From positions 2,604,001 through 2,668,000 of the forward strand of contig NW_026948187.1 in assembly GCF_963921235.1 (NCBI RefSeq): a stretch of DNA of 64,000 nt. The letters are read 5' to 3'. Below the pieces are notes generated by a model. That model saw nothing but the letters and a program-made list of their open reading frames with translations. It ran no database searches and was not told the origin of the DNA. Source of the DNA: Mobula hypostoma. Lineage: Eukaryota. The position numbers and the translations under genes are program-made. Shown here piece after piece: positions 51,001-64,000 of this stretch. Within the stretch, counting starts at the first letter, position 1; each line of letters starts with the position of its first letter.

Positions 51001-52258
51001 GGTCATGTTTGACCAATCTATTGGAGTTTTTCGAGGAGGTTACCAGGAAAGTGGATGAAGGGAAGGCAGTGGATATTGTCTACATGGACTTCAGTAAGGC
51101 CTTTGACAAGGTCCCGCATGGGAGGTTAGTTAGGAAAATTCAGTCGCTAGGTATACATGGACAGGTGGTAAATTGGATTAGACATTGGCTCGATGGAAGA
51201 AGCCAGAGAGTGCTGGTAGAGATTGCTTCTCCGAGTGGAGGCCTGTGACTAGTGGTGTGCCACAGGGATCAGTGCTAGGTCCATTGTTATTTGTCATCTA
51301 TATCAATGATCTGGATGATAATGTGGTAAATTGGATCAGCAAGTTTGCTGATGATATAAAGATTGGAGGTGTAGTAGACAGTGAGGAAGGTTTTCAGAGC
51401 CTGCAGAGGGACTTGGACCAGCTGGAAAAATGGGCTGAAAAATGGCAGATGGAGTTTAATACTGACAAGTGTGAGGTATTGCACGTTGGATGGACAAACC
51501 AATGTAGAACATACAGGGTTAATGGTAAGGCACTGAGGGGTGCAGTGGAACAGAAGGATCTGGGAATACAGATACAAAATTCCCTAAAAGTGTCGTCACA
51601 GGTAGATAGGCTCGTAAAGAGAGCTTTTGGTACATTGGCCTTTATTAATCAAAGTATTAAGTATAAGAGCTGGAATGTTATGATGAGGTTGTATAAGGCA
51701 TTGGTGAGGCCGAATGTGGAGTATCGTGTTCAGTTTTGGTCACCAAATTACAGGAAGGATATAAATAAGGTTGAAAGAGTGCAGAGAAGGTTTACAAGGA
51801 TGTTGCCGGGACTTGAGAAACTCAGTTACAGAGAAAGGTTGAATAGGTTAGGACTTTATTCCCTGGAGCGTAGAAGAATGAGGGGAGATCTCATAGAGGT
51901 ATATAAAATTATGATGGGTATAGATAGAGTGAATGCAAGCAGGCTTTTTCCACTAAGGCAAGGGGAGAAAAAAACCAGAGGACATGGGTTAAGGGTGAGG
52001 GGGGAAAAGTTTAAAGGGAACATTAGGGGGGGCTTCTTCACACAGAGTGGTGGGAGTATGGAATGAGCTGCCAGACGAGGTGGTAAATGCAGGTTCTTTT
52101 TTGACATTTAAGAATAAATTGGACAGATACATGGATGGGAGGTGTATGGAGGGATATGGTCTGTGTGCAGGTCAGTGGGACTAGGCAGAAGATGGTTTGG
52201 CACAGCCAAGAAGGGCCAAAAGGCCTGTTTCTGTGCTATAGTTTCTATGGTTTCTATG
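48050..52258 (+). mobile_element. Near full-length CR1 LINE, antisense within the presumed intron of ZNF gene 3
   Basis: ORF1 48330 to about 49258 (CxxC..CxxC, coiled coil, GDS esterase motif VIGDSIVRG). ORF2 49309 to about 52184 (APE + RT with PQGSVLGP, KFADD), broken by about 3 frameshifts and one stop. (tttctatg) tail. 5' boundary approximate. Confidence 0.95.
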
Positions 52259-52379
52259 TACTGTTAATTTAAAGTGCCACAGTTTAAACGCCGTATAAAA
52301 ATTTGCTGCTGAGATGAATGGTTGGTCTGTTAAAAGGAATTAGAGTGAATATTAGTATTATTTCAGGTTCTTGTCACAG

Positions 52380-55260
52380 TCATAGAAAAGTACAACACAG
52401 AAAGAGACCCTTCTGCCTATCTAGTTTGTGCTGAAACTATTTAAACTTTCTACTCCCATATCCCTACCATCCAGGTACCTACTCATACCTATTAAGTGTT
52501 GAAATTGAGCTCACATTCACCATTTGTGCTAGCTGCTCATTCCACACCTGAATGACCATCTGTGTGAAGAAGTTTCCCCTCATGTTCCCCTTAACATTTC
52601 ACCTTTCACCCTTGACGCATGGCCTCTGGTTGTAGTCCCATCCAATCTCAGTGGTAAAAGCCACCCCTCATAATTTTGGTGCACCTCCATCAAATCTCCC
52701 CCCAATCTTCTACGTTCCAACAAATAAAGGCCTGATCTGTTCAATCTTTCCTTATAATCAAAGTCTCCAGACGTGGCAACATCCTTGCAAATTTTCTCTG
52801 AACTCTTTCAACCTCTTTTACATCTTTCCTGTAGGTAGGTGACCAAAACGGTATACAATAGTGCAAATTAGGCCTCACCGATTTCTTATACAACGTCAAC
52901 ATAACATCCATCTCCTGTACTCAGTACTTTGGTTTATGAAGGCCAATGTGCCACAATCTTTCTTTCCGTCCCTATCCCACTGGGGCACCACTGTCAGTGA
53001 ACTATGGACCTGCGTTCCCAGATCCCTTCCTTCTACATCATTCCTCAGAGCCCTACCAGTCACTGTGTAAGAGCTTGGTCCTACCAACATTCAACACTTC
53101 ACACTTGTCTGCATTAAATTCCTTTTTCCGTTTTTCAACGCGTTTTTCCAGCTGGTCCAGATCACACTGCAAGCTATGATAGTCTTCCTCACTGTCCACT
53201 ACACCCCCAGCTTTGGCGTCTGTCGCAAATTTCCTGATACAGCTGACCATGTTATCATCCAGATATCTGACATAGTTGACAAACAGCAACAGATCCAGTA
53301 CTGATCCCTATTGCACACCACTAGTCACAGGCTTCCAGTCAGAGAGGCAACCATCTGCTACCACAGTCTGGCTTCTCCCAAAGACAGTGTCTCATCCAGT
53401 TTACTATCTCATCTTGAATGCTGAGTGACTGAACCTTCTTGACCAACCTCCCATATGAGACTTTGTCAAGTGCCTTGCTAAAGTCCATGTAGACAACATC
53501 CACTACCTTGCCTTCATCCACTTTCCTGATAACTTCCTCGAGAGACTCTATAAGATTGGTTAGACATGACCTAATGTGCACAAAGCCATGCTCTCTATCC
53601 TTAATCAGTCCACATCTATCTAAGTACTTATATATCTGGTTCCTGCACATACTCACCAATGTCCTCTGCAAAGTCAACATAACATCCATCTCCAGTACTC
53701 AGTACTTCGGTTTATGAAGACCAATGTGCCAAAATCTTTCTTTCCGTCCCTATCGAACCGTGTCACCATTTTCAGTGAAATATAACCCTGTATACCTGAT
53801 AGAGGTATACAAGATATTAAGAGGAATAGATGGAGTGGACAGCCAACGCCTCTTCCCCAGGGCACCACTGCTCAATACAAGAGGACATGGCTTTAAGGTA
53901 AGGAGTGGGAAGTTCAAGGGGGTATTAGCAGAAGGTTTTTTTACTCAAAGAGTGGTTGGTGTGTGGCATGCACTGCCTGAGTCAGTGGTGGATGCAGATA
54001 CACTAGTGAAATTTAAGGGACTACTAGACAGGTATATGGAAGAATTTAAGATGGGGGGTTATATTGGAAGAAGGGTTTAAGGGTCGGCACAACATTGTGG
54101 GTCGAAGGGCTTGTACTGTGCTGTACTATTCTATGTTCTATGTATTCCCAGATTCATTTCTTCTCCAACACATCTCAGTGCCCTATCAGTCCCTGTGTAA
54201 GACCTACCCTAGTAGGTTCTACCAATGCACAACACCTCGCACTTGTCTGCATTAACTTCCATTTTCCATTCCTCAACACATTTTTCCAGCGGGTCCAGAT
54301 CGCATTCCAAGCCATGTAGTCTTCCTCGCTGTCCACTACACCACCAATCTTGGTGCCATCCACAACTTTGCTGATCCAGTTAACCACACTATCATCCAGA
54401 TTACTGATATAGATGACAAACAACAACAGGTCCAACACTGATCCCTATTGCACACCACTAGTCACAGGCTTCCAGTCAGAGAGGCAACCATCTGCTACCA
54501 CAGTCTGGCTTCTCCCAAAGACAGTGTCTCATTCAATTTACTATCTCATCTTGAATGCTGAATGACTGAACCTTCTTGACCAACCTCCCATATGAGACTC
54601 TGTCAAGTGCCTTGATAAAGTCCATGTAGACAACATCCACTGCCTTGCCTTCATCCACTTTCCTGATAACTTCCTCGAGAGGCTCTCGTTGGTTAGACAT
54701 TTGTTAGACATGAACTACCATGCACAAAGCCATGTTGCCTATCCTTCATCAGTCAACATCTATCCAAATACTTACATATCCGGTTCCTGCACATAAACTT
54801 CCAATAAGCTTTCCCCTACTGATGTCAAGCTCACCAACGTACAATTTCTTAGTTTACTTTCAGAGCCTTTCTTGAACAGCAGAGCAACATTGGCTGTCCT
54901 ACAATCCTCCAGTAGCTCACCTGTCACTGAGGATGATTTAAATATCTGTGCTTGCACCCTTACGATTTCTGCATTTTTCTTCCACAGGGTCCCAGGGAAC
55001 AACTTGCCAGGCCCTGGTGATTTTTCCATGGTAATTTGCCTTAAGACAACAAACACCTCCACCTCTGTAATCTGTACAGGGTCCACGGAGTTGATGCTGC
55101 TTTGCCTCACTTCTATAGACCCTGTGACCATCTCCTGTGTATATACAGATACAAAAATACTATCTAAAGTCTTCCCCCATCTATTTTGTCTCCTCATGTA
55201 GATTACCATTCTGATCATCCAGAGTGGGCATGTTTCTGTACTGACCATCTCCATGTTTCT
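52380..55260 (-). mobile_element. Degenerate CR1 fragments with an internal tandem duplication and a nested + strand CR1 3' end (about 53790-54142)
   Basis: 52890-53660 recurs at 53670-54790. RT motifs in ORFs 53339, 54175 and 54772; ORF 53724 has LIEVYKILRGIDGVD. Confidence 0.8.
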
Positions 55261-55574
55261 ATGACAGAGAAGCTGGCCAAAGTTGATTGGAAGGGGAAAT
55301 TGGTAGGAATGACGACACAGCAGCAATGGCTGGAGTTTCTGGGAGCAATTTCAGGAGCTGAGTGATAGATACATCCCAAAGAAGTGGAAGCATTGGAAAG
55401 GCAGGAGGACACAACCGTGGCTGAAATGAGAAGCCAAAGCCAACGTAAAAACCAAAGAGAGGGCAAACAAAAGAGCACAAACCATTGGGAAGCTTTTAGA
55501 AACCAACAGAAGACAACTAAAAAAAATGTCAGATGAGCTCAGAGTGTGGAATTATGATATTATAGTCACTCATG

Positions 55575-55887
55575 TGTGGGCACGTGGCCAAATGGTTAAG
55601 GCATTGGACTAGCAACCTGAAGGTCGTGAGTTTAACCCCAGCCAAGGCAACGTGTTGTGTCCTTGAGCAAGGCACTTAATCACACATTGCTCTGTGACGA
55701 CACTGGTGCCAAGCTGTATGGGTCCTAATGCCCTTCCCTTGGACAACATTGGTGTCGTGGAGAGGGGAGACTTGCAGCATGAGCAACTGCTGGTCTTCCA
55801 TACAACCTTGCCCAGGCCTGCGCCCTGGAGAGTGAAGACTTTCCAGGCGTAGATCCATGGTCTCGCAAGACTAACGGATGCCTTATT
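55575..55887 (+). mobile_element. Full-length tRNA-derived CORE-type SINE with 12-bp TSD
   Basis: A box tggccaaatgg, B-box-like gagtttaaccc, CORE-like tgtgtccttgagcaaggcacttaa; TSD tagtcactcatg at 55563 and 55888. Confidence 0.85.
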
Positions 55888-57319
55888 TAGTCACTCATGA
55901 GACTTGGTAGCACCCAACAGCCTGAGACATATAGAGAAACAAAATCTCTGGGGCCTTAATATCTCTGGAAAATCAAGGTTCCCTGCACCAGTTACCATTT
56001 AACTTTTATTATTTTGGCAGGCACATACAAACTCTGCACATTTAAAATTTCACTTCTGAAGAACTCTCACTCACCAAGTACTCCTTTGCCGGAAATATCC
56101 TGTCCCAATTCACACTTGTCAGACCATCAAAATTGACCTTTCTCCAAGTTAGAGTCTCAACCTGTGGTCCAGACCTCTCTTTGTCCATATTTACTTGGAT
56201 TCTCATGGTATTATGATCACTAGGTGCAAAATGTTCTCATACACAAATTTCTGTCACTATCCCTGGATCATTTCTTAATAGCGTATTGCACACTTCTACT
56301 TTGGGAATTTTACTGATTGAGGGCACATTTGACAAACTCTACCCCACCTAGTCCTTTTACAGTCAATATATGGGAAGTTAAAAACACTTACTTTATCAAT
56401 CTTTGTTTCTTGGCATAGTCTGTGATCTCTCTGTAAATTTGTTCCTCTCAATCTCTCAGACCGTTAGGTGCAATGAACTCCCAGTAATGGTAACAATACC
56501 ATAATTCAATGCACTGAGATCATCTGGCTTTCCTATGATGCTTCCTGCATTTGATAAACACAGCTCAGCATATTCATCGCATCATGCACAACCTTTTGAT
56601 TGCTGACTTTGTCTGAAGTCTGAACAACATCTGACTGGTGTCAAGAAAACAAATATTTCCTCAATGTCACAGTGATCTCCTCTGGGTTTGATGAAGTTCA
56701 TCTGCACTCTCACACAACCTATGTAGCAGGCCTGTACCAAGTAACACAGGATTTTCTCACCAGAGCATTTGCACACCGTCCATGTGATATACTTGCTAAG
56801 TGACACTTTAAAAAGTCAGATTTCCAAATACCACTTCACTTCTTCCCACTTGCAAATTCTCCAGCAACTTTTGCATCACCACAATACACACAGGTAACAC
56901 CAGTTTCTGTATTGTACATAAATATTTCTCCTGAACTCTTCCCCCAAATGACTGACGGCGGTGAACTCAGTGATGGCAATTCCAATGAATATGAAAGGAA
57001 GGGCAATAGTCTGTCTCGTTGGAGTCTGGCACATTTGTGTTGTGAATGCTACTTGTTGCCCAGGACAAAGGTGTTTGATATCATTATGTACCCAGAGAGA
57101 ATTAGTCAAAACATGTTCTCATGGGTAGAAATGTTTAGAACAGGAGGAGGTGGAACAAGTAACACACGCAAAATGCTGGCGGAACTCAGCAGGCCTGGCA
57201 GCATCTATGGAAAAGAGTACTAATGCTGAGTTCCTCCAGGATTCTGTGTGTGTTGCTTGGGTTTCCAGCATCTGCGGATTTTCTAGTTTGTGATTAAAGG
57301 TGATTTTCTCAACGGGTGA

Positions 57320-57700
57320 TGTAAAAGATTTTGTTCCCTTTCTCCGAGTTCCCAATCCTTGCATTTAGACAGCTGGAGCTCAGCTCTGTCTGAGAGATCC
57401 ATCGGTTCCCATTCCCTCATCAGCCGGAAGCTCCCCGGGGCCCGTGTACGGAACCTGGGGCTGAGAGAGAGGGAAGAGAGCAGGACTGTACCGGGATTGC
57501 GGGCCACGGTGTCCGGAGCTCTCTGCAATTGTCCTGAATTCGGTGTTGAAATAAATCGCCCGGAGAGTTTTTCTTCCCTCCTGCCATTCCTCTGAAGTCT
57601 TTTGTGTACTGCGCGCATGCGTGATATTCGAAACGTCATCAATATTGACGCCTGCGCATATAATCGGTGCTTCAGAGACAGCGATAATTTTAACACAAGG
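57320..57700 (-). promoter_or_regulatory. CpG promoter / 5' region of ZNF gene 3
   Basis: Inverted paralogue of 8140-8480: NRF1-like tgcgcgcatgcg at about 57610 and invariant block 57328-57440. Confidence 0.7.
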
Positions 57701-58014
57701 ATTTATGGGTAAGCCCGGTGCCATTACATCTTTCTGCAAGCACCGGTTCCATGTCCATACCTCAGTTTTTTTGTGAGTATAGAACATTTAGCAGATGTTT
57801 TAACGCAGAAAACGGCTGCCATAAATCTCCTATCTTACGGAGTGGCGACTAGTTGCAACCTGTCATCGCAGGGAGAGTGAGGGGGGAACGGCAGGGAAAG
57901 ATTTTTATATACTGATATGGAACAGAAACATGGGCAGGGATCAGATAGTCTGAGTGGCCTCTTTAGTGTACATTGTGAGTGTGGTAGAGACAGTGTGTAC
58001 CTGAGACACGGGAT

Positions 58015-58820
58015 TTGATTCAGAACTGATTTATCTTTCACAGATCCACAATATTAAACATCAATCTAGTTTAAGGCTAACATCAGCAGAACGGACTCCC
58101 CCAATGCTCAGTGACCAGGGTTCAGTCCTGGGTGCGATGAGCAGCCGCAAGAACGGCAGAATCTGACAGTAACAGTCCCTCATGAACCTGCAGCTTCCTT
58201 CAGTCACCGTGATGGTTAAACATTTAACACAGAGCTGATTTGAACTTCCTCCCCGATGTGAAGTTGCTGGTGTTGCAGCAGTTGGGATGGTTTAGTAAAA
58301 CTCTTTGCTCACTCCGGACAGAAATGTGGCCTCTATTTATTGTGAACTCACCGGAGCATCACAAGGTGGGTTAACTGAATGAGTCTCTTCGCACACACGG
58401 ATCAGGTGAACGGCCGCTTCCCAGTGCGAAGCTGTTGGTGTATCTGCGATGGCGACTGAATTCCTTCCAAAATGAGAGCCAGTGAATGACATCACACTGC
58501 TATCAACGTCATGGCGATGTATCCAATCAGATCACGGACATGGACACGTGATCGGGCTCTCCTTGTAGCGAGTGGGGCGCTGTCTTCTCCAGCATCTCCA
58601 CCTCCACATTCAAGGATCGGCGGCATTCAAGCGCTGGTGAACTGACAGATACAGCGGAACTAACGTGCTTGAGATTCGCGTACACAAATCTTTTACCTTT
58701 CCACCCTGTTAAAAGTTTGCAAAGCATGGCCAGTTGGTGAAGGACAACATTTCAGATGAGATAATTTTGGTTTCCATGGTGATGTCTGATACAAACTCTG
58801 TCACAGCTTCAAATAATTTG
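58015..58820 (-). pseudogene. Degenerate ZNF terminal exon with its 3' UTR
   Basis: Inverted copy of 23870-24460 plus a 3' segment homologous to ZNF1/2 3' UTRs (14700-14850). Confidence 0.7.
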
Positions 58821-59869
58821 GAGGAACAACACCTCATCTTCTAACTGGCCATAGTTCAGGCATTCGGGCACAATATCAAACTCTCTGCAAAGCAAAGAAA
58901 AAAAAGACAACCGTACACCAAATTTGCAGAGAGAAAACTATCGTGCAAACAAATACAGTGTACGAGCGTCCACAGCCACAAGGCAGTCATCACTGTTGTC
59001 TTAGTTCAGCGCAGAAACGAGGAAACTGGAGAGGGGTTCAGGGGAGCGAGAGAGTGACGAACGGGCTAAGGCGTGCCAGGAGGGGAGGGGATAACGGAGA
59101 GTGGAAACTGTTTAGGGGAAGTAGGGAGTTCTCGGAGACGGTGTGGCGTAGGAGAGGATGAGGGTGACGGAGATGGAGAGGTTTGTGGAGGCGGGTAGAG
59201 GATGTGGGAAGTCGAGAAGGGGTGGTAGAAATGGTGAGGACCGACCAAGGAATGTCCATCTCTCACCGACTCTCCTCCCCTCTCTGCTCTAGAGGTCGAT
59301 ATCACACACTGACACAAGTACTTCCAACTTGAAATGTTTGTTCCGTTTTGTGGAGACTCGCTGTTGATCGCATTGAAAGGAAACTACATGGGGAACGATT
59401 GTCTGGTTCCCCTCGTCTGGAGAGAGTGAGGACTCACCACACACTCCCCAACACTTCCGCCTCGCTCTGCTTCCACCCACCCAATTCCCAACGAACCTTT
59501 GAACCTTTTTTTAACATTTGAACCGGTTTCCCACGTACCTCGATTATTTAAAGGTGTCTCTGCGTTGACTATTTGCGCTGCAGCGGGATCCTTGTGTTTG
59601 GGAGAAATCCTTTCCTCGCGCTGCCGCATAGTCCTGCCTCCGCTGTCTGCTTGTATTCCTTTGTCTGACCTCTGGTTTCTGTCTCTACGGAGGAATCTGC
59701 CATTTCCCCGCTTCTGCGTTGAGTCGGTGTCCCCGCTCGCCGTGACAAAGTCTGTCATTTCTCCAATGTCCCGCCAGCGACCACAGTGACGCTACCTGCC
59801 TTTCACCCTGCACTCTTCAATTCCCCGCTATGCAGAAATTTGCCCGTGTCTAAAACACACGCAGCCTTT

Positions 59870-60258
59870 GGTACACCTGTATACCGGTTCGTTAATGCAA
59901 ATATCGAATCAGTCAATCATGCGGCAGCACCTTAAGACATTACAGTTATGCAGACATGATCAAGGTGTTCCTGTTAGGACCAAACGTCAGACAAGGGAAG
60001 AAATGTGATTGAACTGACGTTGAGCATGGGATAGTTATTGCTGTCAGACGGAATTATTTGAGAATTTCTCAAGCGACTAATCTTCTGGGATTTTCACTCA
60101 CATCAGTGAATCAAATAAACGCTCGTTGCCACAGCGGCGGCCGGAAGAGCATCTCTGAACGCACCGCACGTCGAACCTTGTAGTGGCTGGGCTGCAGCAG
60201 AGAAAGGCCGCACCGGCTTCCACTCCTGTACCTGACAACCCGGCCACTGACTGCGTAT
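59870..60258 (+). mobile_element. Internally deleted Tc1-like element
   Basis: ggtacacc...aatgcaaatatc, a GKKCD-type ORF-start remnant and the terminal ctcctgtacctgacaacccggccactgactgcgta. Confidence 0.6.
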
Positions 60259-60953
60259 TTACTGAAGTAGCCTCAACTACAGAGGAGTCAACAGGTTCAT
60301 TTGATACATTTCCGACCGAACCCCTCTCTTTCTTCTGGATTACGGTCAGTTTACTCCCAGGAGATTCATGGGGTTAACCCCGTCATCTCCACAATCAATT
60401 CCCCGGCACTATCTCCAGAGCCAGTCCATTTCCCGTGACGTAACGCTGCAGGTCTACAAACCAATTGTGATAGAGCACACTTAGAGTACTGTGCTCAGTC
60501 CTGAACGTAGCACACTGAACATACAACACTGCAGCAAAGCAACCGGCCACTCCAATGGGGGCGAATTCACAGAGAATAATGATTATCAGGAATTTGATAG
60601 CAATCTCTATCCTCATTATTATAAAATTAATTCTTAAAAAGCACATTTTAATGACGACGGGCAATGAATCGTAGAATTAGAGAATAAGACATATCGTGTT
60701 GCAACTGCGGGCGTTAATGTTACCAGCATTGAAAACTCTTATTCATAAGCAACCCCGTGACTAATGTCGTTAGAGTGGCAAAGTTACAGCAATAAAACAA
60801 TTTATTCCATTTGGTTAGAATGTTTTTTTCTCTTCAATACTGCGAATTCTCTCAATATACATTACTAGATTTATGGAATGCTAACGAAATTAATGAAGGC
60901 TTTGGGATATTTATTTGCAATTTCCACCATGTTCTAGTCGGATATTATTTATG

Positions 60954-61851
60954 TTATTTACATAGCAACCCATTTAATGTCAACACATATTTCACGCCAT
61001 TGCTCAGCTCCTCTCTGAACTTCCTCTGCGTCAGCCCATAGATGCAAGTGTTGGTGCAGGTACTGAGAGACGTCAGCATAATAGCACATGTTTGAAAGAT
61101 GAAAATTGGAGTATTCAGATATTTGTCTGTGAAGGAGTAATTCACCGCTTGCCAGTTCATAAGTGTATTATGTAGGGCATCCACAGTAAAATGAAATTAC
61201 CTGACAGAGCAAACAACAAAATAATAGACTTTCTCCGGTTCTCCACTTCTGGGTCTTTTTGATATTCACTGTTACTCCGGAGTCCCTTGTGGACTCTATT
61301 TGCTGCTATAATGTGTCTCGCTGTTAAACCGTTACACAGAAGGATTAAACAAATTGGTAGTATCGGTGTGGTGATGCTGTCAATCAATTCGTAGGCCTTC
61401 CACACTGGAGAAGTGGAGTATTCAGGTATGAAGACACAACGCCACGGTACTTTGTTAATTATTACATGAGGCTCCACTACAAAGTAAAACGGGATGCACC
61501 TCACAAAACCCACAACCCCCACTATTACTGTGACGACGGTCGCTACTCTCTCTGTACAGTATCGTTTCCGAAGGTTTTGACAGCAGATCGCAACGAAGCG
61601 ATCGAATGTGACAGCCACTGTGAGCCAAACGGAGAAATCCAAGCTTGCAACTGTAAGCACAAGCGTTAGAGCGCAAACCGGAGTGACGAGCAAGAAGTTC
61701 ACGTACATGTAGAGATTAGTGATATCCTTCACAATAAATACAATGACAACGACAGTGAGATCTGCCGCAGCCATTCCCACCAGGAAGCGTGTGACACATC
61801 TAGAGAGTCCACATTTTCCACGGGACAGGATCACAACCGCAATTAAATTCA
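60954..61851 (-). pseudogene. GPR139/GPR142-like GPCR exon 2 with a 1-nt deletion after TM6 (pseudogene or sequencing error)
   Basis: Acceptor tatcgcag|TGAAT, then NLIAVVILSRGKCGLS, MAAADL, TFDRFVAIC, PILP, LSGNFILLWMP and STCTNTCIYGLTQRKFREE. Frame break at about 61162. Confidence 0.85.
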
Positions 61852-63910
61852 CTGCGATATAAAGAGAAAGCAGAGGTTAATTGAGCGAATTTCAGACGAA
61901 CCATTTCCCCCTGATTAACAAATAAGAAAGATGCTGATTGCACTGAGCACACGCCAGTACCCGTATCGTCATCTGCTTTATCGGCGAACTTGTGCTCAAG
62001 AATTCAGGATGCAAATATCAGACTTGACTAATGCTTCGTAAGGTGGAGATGTAATGCACGTGGAGGAATATGCTGGGGTGCATCGGACACGAAAATATTG
62101 CAGATGTCCAATACGAAATATTGAAAACAGAAGCAAATGTTTAACTGGTCACGGGAAAGATGTGGAAATAAACGGTTGATGATGCAAGTCGATAAATCCT
62201 TCAGTAAAACTAGAAATGAAGGAAAACGTATTGTTGTGTTTCAGCGGGACTGGGGTGAGATAAAGACAAGAAATGGATCGTGTTCGACACCGGGACTCTT
62301 ACGCTGCAGTAGCGCTAAGCAGCTTTATCTGGTGCATTCAATGGACTGTCAATTTAATCCTAAGAACAAGTTGCTTTTATACCAATGTGTTAAAACGCTG
62401 TGAATGCTAAATTTTGAAAATGCAGACTGCCAGAGCTTCACGGCATAGATCTGACAAATCGCCTGTTGCCGACTTTGCGCTGATAGATAAAGAAAAGAAA
62501 AACGGTTTCACTGTCGTAGGACGGGGTGGTGAGGTACAGTCGGAAGGGCGGAATACCGGAAATTGGAGACTGGATATTCATGACTGAAGTCTGCAGTGTG
62601 TCTCGTGTGGAGGAGTTGGTGTGGTTCAGGTTTGCGCTGAGCTTCGCTCAGAAGGGCCATGGCACCACAGACGGAGATTTTCAAAAATGGAATGAGACTG
62701 AACATAATACCGAAAAGGTTATTACTATCCAGATTCTTCTCGAAACGCTCATCCAATTTTCTTTGGTTACTACTCTGCAGCGAGTTGTTTCATTCTCCAT
62801 CTGATCGCACTGACCAGTCATCTACCTGTGACCCTGACCCAGTCATCCGCTCCGGTCTGACAGGGGCATATGATGCAGCTCTGCATCTCACAATCTTTAC
62901 ATTCATCTAACAGTGCTCTCACTCTCGAACTGTACAATATGCTTGATGTTATGTAATTAAATCAAAGTTACCCGCTCTCTCGAAGACTCGGTGAACACAG
63001 TATCACGTACAGTCGCCCCGGTGTCTTTCTAGTGCGGATATACAGTTTCATATATCTTCATCTCCGGGAAACAAATTTCTCGCTTGACCAGTGCCCATGA
63101 CGAGTTTACGATCCCAAACGCTATGTCTGCTTTTCTTTTCACAGAAGTGGTTTACCCTGCTTTCTCCTTCCTAAATCATTTGTTTCCTCAATTGTTCTCG
63201 CTCTTCCTTGTGTTTGCATTCGCACTGTTCTGACTGTCATTTATAAAGCAACGGAGTGACTCTCATCACTCTGATCACCCAAAATGAGAACCAAGTCAGA
63301 TTGGTCGGTTTGGTCACCTTCATGCCTGTGGAAGATTGACACTTCGTGCAGGTCAAATCAATCTTTTACTGCGGCTTTTCAGGGAAGAGTAACATACTGA
63401 TTTGTGTCCAGAGCAGTCCACATCTCAGTTGTTTCATCACGAACAGAGCAGAGAGCTCGGAATGTGTCTGATGGATGGGCACATGGACCATGGACCATTC
63501 TGAACCCACAATGGGGTAGCTTGGAAGAAAAGTGTCAACCTAACAGAAATTTAATTCGCTCTTACGTAGTTTTGTGATGGCGATGAAATTCGTTGTGTTG
63601 TGGATGATATATCCAGACCTCCGCAATTCACGGCAAATCAGTTTGGAAGAGCTGCTGCAGCTCCAAATGAAGGCTTTGCCCCGATAAGAACATTTGTTTC
63701 GATGTAAATATACGAACTCAGGCAGAAGAAATGCATTCCAAAGATTCTTCGATTTTCAAGTAGTGTTAGCAGTCGGAAAAAAAAAAACAGCATTACCACC
63801 AACTAAAATGGTAAAATTGGAGACTAGACAGGACCCAGGTCAGTTTGCTGTAATTGCCACAAGCATTAGGAAGACGAAGCCACTCAAATAACAACCGATG
63901 TGTGCCCTAC

Positions 63911-63980
63911 CCGGAATTCCGGCCGCTGCCAGGATCGGATAACAGATGCGGGCTACGTGGTAAATAGTTACATATCCCAT
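63911..63980 (-). CDS. Coding exon 1 of the GPCR at 60954-61851
   Basis: aagATGG start; encodes MGYVTIYHVARICYPILAAAGIP + G, donor gtaggg. The phase-1 join gives GTG (V)-NLIAVVIL and completes TM1. Confidence 0.85.
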
Positions 63981-64000
63981 CTTCAGTAACGCGCTGCGAG

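Noticed and set aside
55575-55650. tRNA gene
   Set aside because: It is a SINE head: it continues into CORE and tail sequence, is flanked by a TSD and has a degraded B box.
59384-59758. 124-aa minus-strand ORF ending near a GTGAGT donor as a coding exon
   Set aside because: No recognisable domain. It may be a first exon of the degenerate ZNF at 58015-58820, but this cannot be supported.

Overview
Vertebrate, repeat-rich genomic DNA. The repeat landscape and gene families suggest a cartilaginous fish, probably a ray (inference only). The window is a segmentally duplicated cluster of three effector-less C2H2 zinc-finger genes: two on + at about 12.7 kb and 30.0 kb, and one inverted at about 46.8 kb. 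It also holds two degenerate ZNF remnants and two frameshifted GPR139/GPR142-like class A GPCR loci on the - strand. Each ZNF unit has an NRF1-type CpG promoter followed by a 113-bp block that is identical in all three copies while its flanks have diverged. Most of the rest is transposon-derived: a near full-length CR1 LINE with an esterase-type ORF1, many CR1, Rex/Babar and R4-like fragments, Penelope ends carrying minimal hammerhead-ribozyme motifs, hAT/Tc1/mariner/Harbinger relics, CORE-type SINEs and solo LTRs. A Gmr1-type Gypsy element (PR-INT-RT order, SCAN-like gag) is inserted in sense into the last finger of the third ZNF gene. There is a 271-nt assembly gap at 4683-4953. All comparisons were made by eye; no searches were run.
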